64,000 nt of DNA from Tubiluchus corallicola (taxonomy: Eukaryota; Animalia; Priapulida): positions 531,228-595,227 of the forward strand of contig JAQGDQ010000117.1 in the NCBI GenBank assembly GCA_030141605.1, in the 5' to 3' direction. Below are positions 1-55,469 of this stretch, piece by piece. The notes under the pieces are model-generated. The model was not told the origin of the DNA. It did not search any database and was given only the letters and a program-made list of their open reading frames with translations. Position 1 is the first letter of the stretch. Every line of letters begins with the position of its first letter. Position numbers and translations under genes: made by a program.

Positions 1-1561
1 GGTAAAGCTGCTGAAGTTTGATCTATAATAGATACTTCGTTTAGTTTATTAAAGAGCGAATGGTAGACATTTGCATCAAAAATGTGAAAACGTGGAATGC
101 GAACAGATACGGGTGAACGAATAAGTAACCGCTATTGCTATTGCTAAAAAGCGGGAATTTTTATTTTTAATGAACCACAGCTCAAACAACAGATTTATGA
201 TTTTTTTCGTTTTAACATAATCATATTTAAGTTGGGTTTCCTTAAAATAATTTATTGAAAAGTACAACAATTTTCCGATTCGTTTCTTTGTGGAATATAC
301 GAGAAAACCGTAGCATTAAGCGTACCTTTTACATTATAAATTTGAGCTGTTTAAATGTTCTGCCTTTTTTCATTGTAAGCTCTCCGTAGAACATTTATAT
401 TTGCTATATCAACTTTTTGCTGCCCTATTTCTACAATTCAGGTAATGGGCATATGACGACGACGATGATGATATTTGCTACTCGGATTTTGAGTCACTAA
501 CTACTTTTAGAGAGAATCTTTGTTAATAAGTGACTTTTGTACCCACTGAGTGTTGATACTGCGGGATGATAGATTGAAAACCCATGTAACATTGATGTTA
601 CGGAGATTTGGGATAATAATATATTTACCGTTGTTCGCTTGCTTCATTTTGTGTTTAGACAATTTCATTAATTTCTAAATTCGTGTTTTCCTTACCTCGG
701 ATATAGGGTTTGCCATTATTAACGGGGCTAACATACAACACAGCACAGTGTGAGCGAAAGAGAGCGGTCCCATTTTCTGGCAGATGTCGCCTCCAGTAAT
801 GAACGATCCAACCCTCACGCGGGTAACCCGCTCCGAAGATCACCTTTGATTTTTTATCATAAAAGTTCGATCGAGTCAAATTTCACTTCCGTTTCCAAAC
901 ACCGGAAACGCCGCCCACGCAAATGCCGATGATTTTTCTTTTTCAAAATCTTTCTACACACTTCGAGGCACAGTTTCTTTCTAACTTCATCAGAGCAGTT
1001 TGTTCCTAGTTGTTACGTTGTCCTACTCCGATGCAAATTTTTTCCTGTCCAACAGAAATTCATTGTAGGGTTTTGTGATGAAGCTGCCTCCTTGTGATGA
1101 TAATGATGATGACAAACACATTCAGTCGGGCCGAAGTAGAGTTTTACAGTGCGCGGCGGCGTACAGAAACTCCCCCACCGCACACTCAGCTCGCGCCGAG
1201 AGGAAAAGACTAGAGCGATATTTGCGAAAACACTCCTACGCATGCGGGTGACGTCATACCGCGTTCGCGGGAGAGCCTGCGAAAATTGCAAGCTATGACA
1301 GAGATCCGGATACACTTACCAGTGAAATGCACATTTCCGTTGATAAACAAAATAACAGAAAACAGAGAATGAAGTCGCACACATGTAACAACTATTACCT
1401 GAACAGCAAAAAAACTTTGAGATGCTAAATTTGCCTATGCGCAGTCTTAAACGTGCACAAAATTTAAAAGTTTTTGGATCACGATATATAGCAGCGCAAT
1501 GCACTGAACACATGCGCTAAAAAGAAAAATCACGAAGGAAGTGCAACGTAAGTCAGTTTAC

Positions 1562-1783
1562 TTAAGTAACCGTATAGGTCTGGATTTGTCCTTAAGTAAA
1601 TTCCATAGAAGAGATAGTCATAGAAGCGATGACAACATTAGGCCTACTGTCATGCCTACATGCTAATACATGTAGGCTGACAGTAGGCCCAATGTTGACA
1701 TCGCAGCACATGACAATTTACTACTACGGCAGCCATTTTATGCAAATTTCGTTTTTAAAAGCATAAAAGTACGGCTGTCTTAA
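1562..1783. mobile_element. Foldback MITE-like element bounded by TTAA, with central 79-nt hairpin
   Basis: TTAAGTAACCGTA ... TACGGCTGTCTTAA ends; near-perfect central palindrome at 1626-1704. Confidence 0.6.
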
Positions 1784-4700
1784 GAGCTACAGTTTTATTC
1801 TCTGCCACACGTTCTTACTGACAACTGAGGCGCTGTATGGCGACTAGCAGTAGAGAAATTTGCGCGAAACATTAAAAGGCGAAAAGTCCATTTAACGAAC
1901 GTCCAAAATCGCAAATTCAGTTCTCATCACTGTCGCGGTGAACTGCGACTCGTGTAGTTCCGCGTGCAGCTCGAAAAACTAATTCTTGCTTTTGATATCT
2001 AGATTTGCAATTCTTTTCCGAAGTTGATCACATATCACTCACGATAATTACACGTATAACTGTATTCTTTCAGTTGTTATTCGACTTGACCTTGAGGAAA
2101 AGGCACGTTTCCTTTACTACATGGAATTACTAAGCTGGATGATGACGTAACTTGACTGAACACATTAGTAATACAAAAAATTTTAAAAATTAGTAATTCT
2201 AAAAATGCCTTATGATGTAAATAAGCATAGAGTAAATATATATGTTTGTATATTTCATATGTATATAACGTTGTAAATACGTTTAATAGTATTTGCTTGT
2301 GTATAAAATTAGTTACATTAACATATTCGTGTTATAATTTCTTACGACTGTTAAGATGTAAAAAAATAAGTGGCGCTTGTGATCCTAGACTCGTAAATTA
2401 TTTTTCAAACATAAAACAAATCTATTTTGAGGCCTAGTAAACTAGTTAACCGCAAAAAGATGCCATGGCGCAGAAAAACTGCAAAAGAATCACTTATACG
2501 TGACTGAGTAACACGGAATTAAATGACAGCTGATGACACGCATGCCACTTCAATTTACTATATAGCCTTCGTTCTATTTCTGAATAACCAGAATTGAAAG
2601 TATGCCAGCCAACTTAATTAACATTCATGGATTTCCCTATAGGCCACGTTATAATGATTGTAATTACAAGTGATATACTTTGATAGTAAATGACTAAAAG
2701 ACACAATGTTTTATTGAAATTATGCGTTTATTTCACTATTAAGAACAACAATTTGAATCTTTATAACAAAAACTACGAAACTATGCATTGTATACAAAAT
2801 TGGAGGGTTTCCGTTTCTTTCACGTACCACTTAAATAATGTAATAATTGCCATAATATCTAACCCTGTTAAAAGCATTGCCTTTGCGTAACAGAACTGAC
2901 GCAAGTCAAATGAAGAATTTATACAGTACTTGTCAGTAAATGTCACCATAAGAAAATGTTGCAAAAATATTTACAGGTTTAATTTCCCTTAGATAAGACA
3001 TCGTACTAATTATATCTAATGAATGAACAAGTAATTGTACGAACAAGTCGGCCTATAATGTTATGAACTTTTTACCCTTGTCAAGTAATTTGTTAGTTAT
3101 TTATTTGCACAGAGTAAATGAGGTTATGTTTGTTATACTAGGTCTAGCCTAGAAACAGCACATCACACGTTGTCTGCAATTAACCTTAACTAAAGATTTA
3201 GGTATAACAGATAGCTGCATGGTACAAACTAAACTCAGGTTATCCAGGACGCAGTTTTCTGTTTGAATTCAAAGAACAACAAGCATTCAAAAAAGATTGA
3301 ATTAAACAACTCAGAATATATTATAAACATAACCCATCCAGTGAGAGTTAAACCGAAGTTATAGCCAGAAAATCTCGAAGCCGTCTCAAACATTTCTAGC
3401 TTACTGCTTATTAATAACTATTTAAAGTACGTATATTTCAGGAAAATGTAGGTCTATAGGATCAATAATCAATTCAATTTATTTGACGTAGATTCTAAAG
3501 ATCGGAAGTAAACTTGATGTAAATGATCGGAAGTGGTGCTGACAAGCCACTGGCATAGTGGTGACTATTTTTTTTTTGCTAGATTAAGTGCTATGTTTAC
3601 CTTGAGGGCAGATTTCTTTTACTTTAGAGTTCTGCCTGCCTGCCCAATCGACGTAATGGGTATACGAAAATTGTCTTCAAATCAATTTTTCAAGCTCAAG
3701 TCAGAATTACAGTCACACCTAAATCTGGCATGAGACAGATGACATACCAAATAGGGTTGCCTATCCCATTTCTGACTAATTTGTGTAGCATTTACTTCCA
3801 AATTTAATTTGTGATGAAAAGCACTGCAAGGTTACAAAATCCTTTTGGCAAAAAGTTGTGCTACTCCAAAGAAAGTGATATTTGTTAACATCAGAAACAA
3901 GAGCAAGATAGTAGCTTCAGTACATAAGGATGGAAGAAATAGACAGTGTCTGGAACTACCATGGTATGTGTTATAACATTTTCCTGGAACATCTTATAAC
4001 GTTTTTATATTTTCACCAAAACTATGTTTGGTAAACTCATGACGAGTGTTGTCCAATGAGGCACTGAAGCCTATAACAAAACAGGTAAGAGATACGTAGC
4101 AGATAGCATTAACTATAGAGTTGGTAGGTAATTTAGGGCTCTGCTTCAATCTTCTCTTTAGCTGTAAATTAACATGGCTACAAGATTTAAATGAATGGAA
4201 TGGTTTATGACATTAACATTGAAAACCATTACAAATGTCAAAGTTGCACATTCGTCTATATAGTAAATGTGCACTATCATCGTCCAAGAATGCAATGATA
4301 CCTCTGAACTTTCACCTACCTTTGGTACACAGTAGAGACTACCGTACGAAGCACCTGTTTTATTTACAAATCACTGCTTCATCAGAATACTACCTAGGAC
4401 TCAAGTGGTACGTTAGCTTATTTGAATTTATGCAGAAGGGACGATCCCACTAAGCAATATACTATAATACAAACTTTCTTCAGCCGTAATCTGTGATCTG
4501 TTAAAGTCCAAAGTTAGCATTGTAGGCCTACTGCCAGAAATGCAGGCACAATGTTTTAATGATTGGGATGTGAAGTTGCTTAAAATATGACTACCATCTC
4601 AATTTATCATCCTAGTCACACCAGCAACAGCAGATAAGAGCAGCCTATATTCATAATTGTATCATAACAGCATTTACTAACCTCCTTATAAGAGATTAAA

Positions 4701-5072
4701 ATCACCTTCAGCAAGGCAGAAATAAATTAACTGTACAAAGGTCATAAACCTTCGATTAGTAATTAGACAAGATTCACAAGCATGATTAGGATTATTACAG
4801 CATAGATCTCAGTTCTTAATTTGGCACTAGTTTAAAGATATAAAGCCTCATGATCTCGAACTGCACCAGTAAATATAACCAGACTGATTAAAACATCCCA
4901 AAATAATTCCGTTAAAATTCTATTGATCTTTCCCCATTCCTAATGTATATCCATCGCATTCACTATAGAATCATCCTTACACAGGCACTGACTCTTACAG
5001 AAAACAGTCCTCAAAACAAGTAATACTTTCATACTAAGTGTCCATTTAAAATGAGTATCCCAGAAGCGGTTT

Positions 5073-46589
<41,517 letters not shown>

Positions 46590-46910
46590 TTCTACTGTAA
46601 GATTAAATCGTTGATTTAAGGTAGATAACCAGCAGAAAAATAACGTGTGCTAAACACGAATAAAAATAAGTAAAGCGTCAGGTCGGTATCAGCTATTATT
46701 TTGTTCCTTTCTTAGAATATTTAGTCTGAATAACTCTATCCTGCTACTTAAGGGAAATATTTCAACACAACCGAATTATTGTTTTGAAATAAAAAACACA
46801 GTTTTTGCTAAACACGTGTGTATACTGTGGGCGCGTGTGCACTGTACAGTACGAGTGGAAACTCTTCGAAAGTCTCGTGTTGTCTGTTTTGGATAGTTTG
46901 TCATTACAAC
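46590..46910. promoter_or_regulatory. Putative bidirectional promoter / 5' UTR region shared by MCCC2 and FAH
   Basis: 321 bp between divergent ATGs; locally CpG-richer; E-box CACGTG at 46813-46818; 11-bp direct repeat TGCTAAACACG at 46648-46658 and 46806-46816. Confidence 0.75.
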
Positions 46911-49900
46911 ATGTCTTTTGTAGATGTACGCGAAGATAGCGACTTTCCACTAGAGAATTTGCCGTATGGAGTGTTTAGTGTAGCAAACAATGCAAGTGCA
47001 ATGTTTTCTGTACTTATCTTACATACATAGTTTTGGGAGGTGGGTCACGCCTCCCGAGTATACGCCTGCGCGATACTGTTTTCTGTCTGCCGCCATCTGT
47101 TGTATTGTGTCCATTCCTAAGCCCGTTATATTGTATATATATTCTTTACGTAGGTCAACAATACCGTACCATACCGCCACTCTTAAAATATAAGAGTGGT
47201 AGAGGTTAATCAAGCAAGCTCATTGTAACCCCATATTTCGTATCTATCCAGCTTATTCTTGAACTTGTTCACTGAAGAAGCTTTAGCAATTTCAGACGGG
47301 AGTTGATTCCACTCTCCAACCACTTTTTCCGTGAAAAAATATTTTCTACAATTCAATTTAGCTCTGTATTTAAAAATTTTTAGAGAATGCCCCCTGGTTC
47401 TGTCATCACTTACTAGTGTAAACATTTTTCTCTTTCAATGCCACCTAACCCATGCATAATTTTATACGTTTGTATCAAATCTCCTCTATGTCTCTTCAAC
47501 TCTAAGGTTGTAAGTGAACATTTTCTAAGCCTCCAACCGCGACCCTTCCCATCTATTGCGTCACTGCTTGTCAACATAGAGCACATACTGGTTCACAGTT
47601 CCGTACCACAATAGTCAATACATTAAAGTGTCACTATATGTCATTATAATGTGTAATTGGGTCCAAATTTGAAAATGAATGTTTATTATGATTTGCAATT
47701 ATTACTAAATGTTTTGTCACAATAGGCAAACAACGAATTAGCCTTTACTGGAGAATGAAATTTGGTGAATATTTTGTTTAGCTTGCTGAAAAGCGTATAG
47801 GCGTTGCAATTGGGGAGCAGATTTTAGACTTGAAGGCTACAAGTCACCTTCTACCATCTGATGTTCAAGATGCGCTTTGTCAGGTAATTTTTAGTAGCTA
47901 AACTTATTTAAGCTACCTATGCTTTTTAGCATTTAGCTTTTCATTAGCATTTTAAAAACTGTTGGCTAGGTTTCAAGGCATTTTACAGTCATTAGTTCAT
48001 CATTGTGAATTTGTTTCTAGGATACACTAAACAAGTTTATGTCATTGGGCCCAACTGCTTGGAGTTCTACTAGAGCAAGGCTGCAAAAGCTATTATCATC
48101 AGATGAGCCCACTATTCGAGATAATAACGAACTTCGAAAGTGGTATAGTTTGTTCAAAAATGACCATTAATAAATATTGTAGTGCTCTTGAGACTTAACT
48201 TAATTGTACCCAGTATTTATAAGTTAAATAAAGAAACATGATTGTGTGTACAGAGGTGTTTGATAACATAAATACAATGTTTCACCAACTGGCTTAATTG
48301 AATCTAATTTGCATAAAGTGTTTACTGCTTAGGGACTAGAAAAAGGAGAAGGCTGTACTAATTACTAATGTTTGCCACTTGAAATGAAACACCTAAAAGG
48401 TCGGTTAATAGAACATTTATTTACAGAAAATTGAAAATTGCTTTATTTGTTTGTTTATTTAATTTGTTATGTTCTAGTTGCCTCACATCTAACTGGGATT
48501 TAGCAATAACTGTAAGCATTAAGCAAAACTTGCAAATTATCTAAATTACTCACTGAATTAGTCATCTGCAAGTATTTTTTTCACAAACTTTATTGCTTCA
48601 TAAGTACAAATGTGTATGAATGACTGTATATTCTGTCTTCTTTTTGGCCATTTTCTTTGCTTTAAATTGAGTAATAAAAAATTAAGTAATGTGCACCTTT
48701 TTAAATTAATAAGAAATAAAGCAACAAGAATTTGCATAGTGCGAACAGATAGTGTTTAGTAATTTATATAGTGAGGTTGTCAATGTGTGTCCCTAATTTT
48801 GGGACAGTTTCTTCTTTTACTTTGAAATAGATGTTTCATTGTTTTATTCGTTGTTTTTAGTGCCTTGGTTCCTCAAAGTTCTGCTGTTATGCATCTGCCT
48901 GCACATATTGGTAAGTGTTTTACAATGGAAGGTCTGATTATTATCGTTGACTGGTACAGGTTCAGTGCAATTAAAATTTATCAAAATTTACAAGCTCTTC
49001 CTTCAGACCGACACCTGCCTAAGATTATAATAAAGGTAAACCATGTTGATTGAAAACTCTATAGCAAAACCTTTATCATGTTAATAATAATCGTAATAAT
49101 AATAATAATGATAATAGCAATAATAAGAATAATAGTCATTAATTTGTCTCGATAGCCATATAGCACATACATTACAATGGTTACTATTACCCGCACTTTA
49201 CTGCAAAAAATCTACTTGCTTGGTCGAGGAACCAACAGTACGATTTTTTCAGTTTTTGGTATGACATGGTTACAGAATGGAACCCCTAACCTCATGCATG
49301 GAGTGAGCAAGCTACCTCAGAGCTATTATTGTGCTGACTAGGGATGTACACAAATGGTTGATTATTCGATGCTTCGAATGTTTTTCACTACTCGAATAAT
49401 AAAATATTATTTGGTTGCCCTATCTACACTGTGTTGATACGTGCTGTATGCCACCCACTTATTTCACAGGCAAAAAAACCTACATTTAAGCTGACATCAT
49501 TGTAACATTAAAACAACACGCATCTTTGCCGCACATGTGCCAGAAAAACAATCATTGCATTGTCAGCTCACTGCCCTAGGTGATTCACTGAGAAGTTGGG
49601 TATGCTGCACATGTTACTTCTTTTACCTAATCATCTTTGTAGCATCAAAGAGTTTATAGTTTTTTATGGGAACATTTTGGAATAAGCACATTTAAATATC
49701 CTGGAGTCAAGCATTCAATCATTTAAATAATTTTTCCTCGCATATACGAATAATAAATTATTCGAAATCTCTCGCCCCCAGTGTTGACAATGCGCCACTA
49801 GTAGCACTAGTTGCACTGTGGCACCAGTTGTGGAGTTACATATATATAGGCATTCAGTTATGCTGGAGATTTTTATTGTTTTATTTTCTATAATTTTAAA

Positions 49901-52900
49901 AATTATTGTTCTACTTGAGTAAATCTATGTTTTAATTAAAAAACAAAAATAGATATTAGCTAAGCCTTAACTGTGTGTATCTTTTTCCATATAGACAGTG
50001 ATAAATAAAGGATCTTTTAGCCTTCATCTTCTAAAAAGAGATTGATTTTTTTAATGTTATTTATATCTGCAGTATTAGTAACTTACCTTTCTGAAATTAT
50101 TACTCATTAGTTAAGTGTAAAACTAAATTGCTTGTAGGGCCCAGATTCAGTTTAAGTCTCACTAAATTTGTCTCTTTTTCATTTGACAAAAACCATTAGT
50201 CCTTTATTTTTAGCTTAAGCTATAAGCCTGTAAGTAAATTGACCACCGATGCGTGTAGCTTATGCTTTCCTGACGCATCATCTTTTAAGAGATATCGATT
50301 GAAAGTTTTAAAAAGTTGACTCGGTTGAGTATTCTTGGATTTTGCAGTGTTATGAGTGCTTGATTTATAAGGCTGTGGCTACTAGATACACACTTTGGCA
50401 ACTTTCATTTATAAACACTCATTTACAAAAACGGATCATGCACTTTTTGCATCTAAGAACAGATACCCGTAAAGATATTTTTTCTGCAATGATTTCTAAC
50501 GTATTTTAACTTGATTTTCGTTACTACCATTTTTGTAGCATTTTAAAAAAAAATTGCAAAATTAAGTGTGTTTCATTAATTAGAATCCTAGTTATGTGGC
50601 TCTTATTGCACTTAGTACCATGAGGGATAAAACATAAATGTGCGCACATTGCTAATATTTCAAACCCGTTGTTTTCAAACAAGCCTAAAAATTATTATAA
50701 GAAAGTCTCAGACACATTCCAAACAAGCCATAAGTAAGCCTACATTCACATTCTGTTTTTATTTTCTTTTTTGTTTTGTTTAAAAGTGAAAGTGAAATAA
50801 CTTTTGCCCTATGTTAATCGTATTAATTTATGTAACCTGACAAAGGGAGCATTGATTTCCCGAAATGTCCTTAATACTGAGTGATAGACCTTGTTGTGAT
50901 TAACAACCTCTTTATGGATACACAGCCCCACTTATTAATTTTAAATTTTGTCCTGTTGTTTTCATTCAGTTACCATTATGTTAACTTACTCTGCAATATG
51001 GTATTTAAACTACTTATTTGTGTAGGTGATTATACGGATTTCTATTCATCGCGAGAACATGCAACTAACGTTGGTACTATGTTTAGAGGGAAAGAAAATG
51101 CCCTGATGCCGAACTGGTAAGTTAAAACAAGGTTTACTTTTAAATTCATGCAGTTGCGTAGTTGTATTTCATTATATTAATGGGAAAAGCTTTTATTTTA
51201 GTTAATTTAAATTTTCTTGCATGTGCTGTTCTTTCTCTTTGTTTACATTGCTATTTTCCCCTCAGAGATTTCCAAGGAAACTTGCTTGTAGTAATGTGCA
51301 CTATTGACTGTAGTTAGTGCACTCAACAACAAAACTAACAAGCATCACTTGTGTCTAATTGCAAGTATCATTTTCAACCATTACGTTTCCACTGCAAGTG
51401 AGGCAAATGTCTTTTTTCGTAAATAAACCATCACATAAATGGTATTCTTTTTTTCAAAATTCACGTTACACATGTTTTTGCCAATTGATGTTCAGTGTCT
51501 GCAATGAGAAACAAAAAGTTTTGTCACTGTTTTCTCACTGGGTATTGAGATAGTAGCAGCTAAACTGACTTTTCATATGGTGAGCTAAATAAGTGTATAT
51601 TAATTACTTTCCAGTGGTGTTAGCACTAATGGAGTGTCCTTTTTTACATATCGCATATTCCAATTTTGTAGGTTACACCTGCCTGTTGGCTACCATGGTA
51701 GGGCTTCATCTGTTGTTGTGTCTGGGACAGCAATTCGTAGACCTAATGGGCAGATGCGGCCAGATGAAAGTATGCTATAATGTTGACTTTTCTTTGCAGT
51801 AATTATAAGTAATAACCATTATTATATGCATTTTTGGGTCTGTTATTGACTGCTGAATCCAAGCTTGTAGAGCGTTATGTCTGTAAACAAGTAACACTGG
51901 AAACTCTCCTTTTCTGCTGGCATTTTGATTTTCTAAATTTGAAGAAAATGTTATAGTCTATCTACTGTTTTGTTTTGTTGATCATTTAAAGTATGTGGGG
52001 CTTTTGACTTAAATAATAATGTTCGTTTTTTAGCAAAGCCACCCGTGTTTGGCCCTTGTAAGCTGATGGATTTTGAGCTGGAAATGGCATTTTTTACTGG
52101 CCCTCCTAATAAACTTGGTGAGCCCATCTCCTGCAAAAATGCTCACGAGCATATATTTGGTATGGTGCTCATGAATGACTGGAGTGGTAAGGTTATTCGT
52201 TATAGAAATGATTTGTTGTAAAACTGTCATAGTGACATAAGGCAAGTTAAATTTAAAAGAAAGAGATGAAACTAATGAGTGAAGAAGGGTAGTACTACAT
52301 TATTTTCATGATCTAAATACCTTTTACCTGCATTCATTGTGTAAAATTGTGTCAGTAGATCAAACTACTGCTTTGAACTTGACTTTTCTGTTTAATCCAC
52401 AGATTTTAACTTGTGCATATGCAAGAGTGAGTTTGCTAGCCAGCATATCGATCAATTCTTCAAAAGTGTGTCGTTCAGGGGGTGTTTTTGCCTAACAATC
52501 AAAAGCATTTTTTATGTTAGAACATGGTGCTGTTGTTTTCATCACAATTTGTGTGAAGCTAGCAGTCTCTCTGTTGCGCATGCACGGCATCTAAACCTGA
52601 GATACAGTCTTTTTTGCAAACTTGTGATTATGTGTCTTAGCTCGTGACATCCAGAAATGGGAGTACGTACCACTCGGACCTTTTTTGGGAAAGAATTTAG
52701 GTACGACAATTTCTCCATGGGTCGTTACTATGGAAGCGCTTACACCCTTTTGTTTGCCAGGGCCAGTTCAGGTACTGTAGACATGAATTTCTGAGGTTTG
52801 TTCATTAGGAATTTGACACTGTGACCTTTGTGATTTAACTTGCGGTTGCCTTTATAAAATCTGAATAGTATGTAGCTTGTCTGGTATTAAAATTTGTTGT

Positions 52901-55140
52901 TCAGAATCACATTCAGTAGTGAGCAATACAGAAATGCAATTCCAATTCATCCATTGCCTATTTGTAATAAAATAGCAGCACAATAAGAATTTAGTGTAGC
53001 TGATTTTTCTGTTGTTGCAGGATCCTAAACCACTGCCATATCTGTTACACGATGATCCGTATTCGTTTGACATTAATTTGGAAGTAACTGTAAAACGTAA
53101 GTTATGTTTTCAAGTGCAGTGACTTGTGGAGGAATACAGGGAAGCACTGTAATTCACACAGCCCTATTAATTTCAAGTCATAACAATGCTGAGACATAGC
53201 TGTGTTAATATCGCAAGTTTAATAATATAAAATTATGAAACATTTGTAATAAAATTTGAGTGAGTGTTACCTCTAAAAGTAAACATCTTGATCATGAAGT
53301 CATTGTAATTAAATACATTGCATACATGGATTGCATTACCTGCATGCTATTGATATCAAAACAAATTAAACTCATTTAGTAGTTCCAGAAAATGTACCAT
53401 GTATATGCACAATAGCTTTGTTGAATATGTAGTCATTCATGAGTAATTCTGTCAGTTTCTGTGATTTTAAATGCGAAGCCCATTATTTATTGGAATCCTG
53501 ATGCCTTAAAAACTTCAAATTATTAATTAACTATCAGTTATTTCTGTCTTATAGCAAAGGGGAGCAGTGAAGCAAGAACTATATGCAAATCTAATTTTAA
53601 GGTATGGTTGTGTTTTTAACATGATTGTAGTAGCTGTTAGAATTTTTAAGTCCAAGCTGTTAATTTCCCTCTGTAGAGTAATGGGTTAATTGTTTATTAT
53701 CTAGGTATGTTTCAGCATTTTAAATAATTAATTGTATTGTCTGCCACTGTTTGGCAATCTGGAGCTAAAAGTGTCATCTGATATAGTAGAATCAAAAGCA
53801 CATATGTTGCAGAAAAATTAATTTGCCACTTCTAGATGGAATCGCACAGTAGTAATGCTTTGGGAAAATGAACATTACTAAGTATAGCTGTTTGTAACCC
53901 ATTATTTATAATTCAGCCAGCTTTGTTCATAGAAATGTCTGCAGTTGATTCCCTAAAGTTGTTGATGCGTGTGTCACCATAAGGTTAGTTACTCGTTGCT
54001 TGTGTCGTACATGTGGAATTGAGAGACCACTGGTCAAGCCAATTGCTAGCGATGGCGTATAGCAGCACCTGCTTTAAATTTTCGACTTGGCTGTGTTATT
54101 TGTTTTGCATCGAGTTGTGAACATGTGAACATCGAGTTGAACCATCATGGTTAAACAGTTCGGCATATTTTGCTTGTAGACTTATTGCTATTGTTGCTGA
54201 ATTAGGTGACGTTTTTCATCCAAAACCCCTTTCATTTGACATTGCCATGATCGACAAAACTATCAACCTTGTAACAGCATCAGCTTATAATGCATCCTTT
54301 TGTCAGCAGATGTCACCACTTTATGCATAATAGTCACAATACTAGCACTATTTTCAAATATGGTGTTGCAGTCGACTAAAACTACTTTTGAACTAATAGA
54401 AACCATTGCATATTTAAATTTTAATATTTTGGCTGAATAGCTAGAACTGAGCTTCTACAAGAGAAACAACTTTAGTAAAAGTTTTAATTTAATTTTTGCT
54501 TATTTATAGCATATGTACTGGTCTATGAAGCAGCAGTTGGCTCACCACACAATAACTGGCTGCAATACAAACCCTGGTGATCTGATGGCTTCTGGAACAA
54601 TCAGCGGACCAACTGAGGATTCTTACGGTTCAATGCTTGAACTGTCATGGAAGGGCACAAAGGAGATTGATGTGGGTGGAGGACAAATGCGCAAATTTCT
54701 ACAAGATGGAGATGAAGTGATCATTACAGGTACGAATAGTTTGGAAGTGTATCATTTTGCACCGTAACAGAACCAACTTTTAAGTTTCAATTTCATTGTG
54801 TGAAAATACGTATAACTGTGCAAGCAAATGCTAGAATTTCAGTCCTGGTATATAAAAAATGCTGCCGCAGTTTTGCGGAACTAATAATATTTTAACATCA
54901 GATCACAAGATTTAGTTAGAATTATATACGATCATTGCAGCTTCTAACTGCATGTCCTGTATCCTTTTCCTTGATGTGAATTAATTTTTATTGCAGCATT
55001 TAAACAATGCAAACTATTCTTATGACTATAATGCTATGACATTTTTTTGTTTTTTGTCAGGTTTTTGCCAAGGAAACGGCTTTAAAATTGGCTTTGGTGA
55101 ATGCTCTGGAAAAATACTTCAAGCAATTGCTCTTCAGTAA
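46911..55140 (+). CDS. FAH: Fumarylacetoacetase (fumarylacetoacetate hydrolase), 12 coding exons, 416 aa
   Basis: Exons: 46911-46991 (GC donor), 47782-47883, 48021-48142, 48861-48910, 51026-51116, 51672-51769, 52034-52186, 52641-52771, 53021-53096, 53555-53601, 54510-54729, 55061-55140; total 1251 nt, open to TAA. Motifs: [105 protein letters not shown]. The metal-binding and catalytic Asp/Glu/His/Lys positions are intact. Confidence 0.97.
47020..47535 (-). mobile_element. CR1-clade LINE 3' end (5'-truncated) in FAH intron 1
   Basis: [22 protein letters not shown]...[11 protein letters not shown]...[34 protein letters not shown] is the typical CR1 ORF2 C-terminus. It is followed by a putative 3' UTR ending in a short (ATGT)n tail near 47020. 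Confidence 0.88.
49215..49328 (-). mobile_element. Diverged second copy of the SINE family at 15880
   Basis: Reverse strand reads TAGCTCTGAGGT...GGTTCCATTC...GTCATACCAAAAACTGAAAAATCGTACTGTTG, matching the head and core of the 15880 copy. Confidence 0.55.
49339..49780. mobile_element. hAT-like MITE (442 bp) in FAH intron 4
   Basis: Flanked by GTGCTGAC / GTGTTGAC (8-bp TSD, one mismatch); left end TAGGGATG, degenerate right end; subterminal TATTCGA/TCGAATA repeats. Confidence 0.65.
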
Positions 55141-55463
55141 TATCCTTCAAAGCAAGCTTTGCTGGTTATTAACAGATCTTATTAACGAAAATAGTCATGC
55201 ATGTTTTTAGATGTTATCTACTATCAACATTAATGTGTTTGCAACTGTTAATAGTAGTCTATTATAGCATAGTACCATAGTATTATAGTATAGTATATAG
55301 TTGTGGAATACATGTATTCTTCATCTCACGAAATTTTAACTAGTCATGTACTTGTTATTACATAATGATCAATTTTATATTTGAAGCTATTTAGTAACTT
55401 AACAACTTTTTGACTATTTTTATATACTTATACACTGAGAAAATTGCTCATGTTTTTGTGCCA

Positions 55464-55469
55464 AATAAA
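55464..55469 (+). terminator. Candidate FAH polyadenylation signal AATAAA
   Basis: First AATAAA seen after the FAH stop (about 320 nt downstream), followed by T/GT-rich sequence. Confidence 0.5.
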
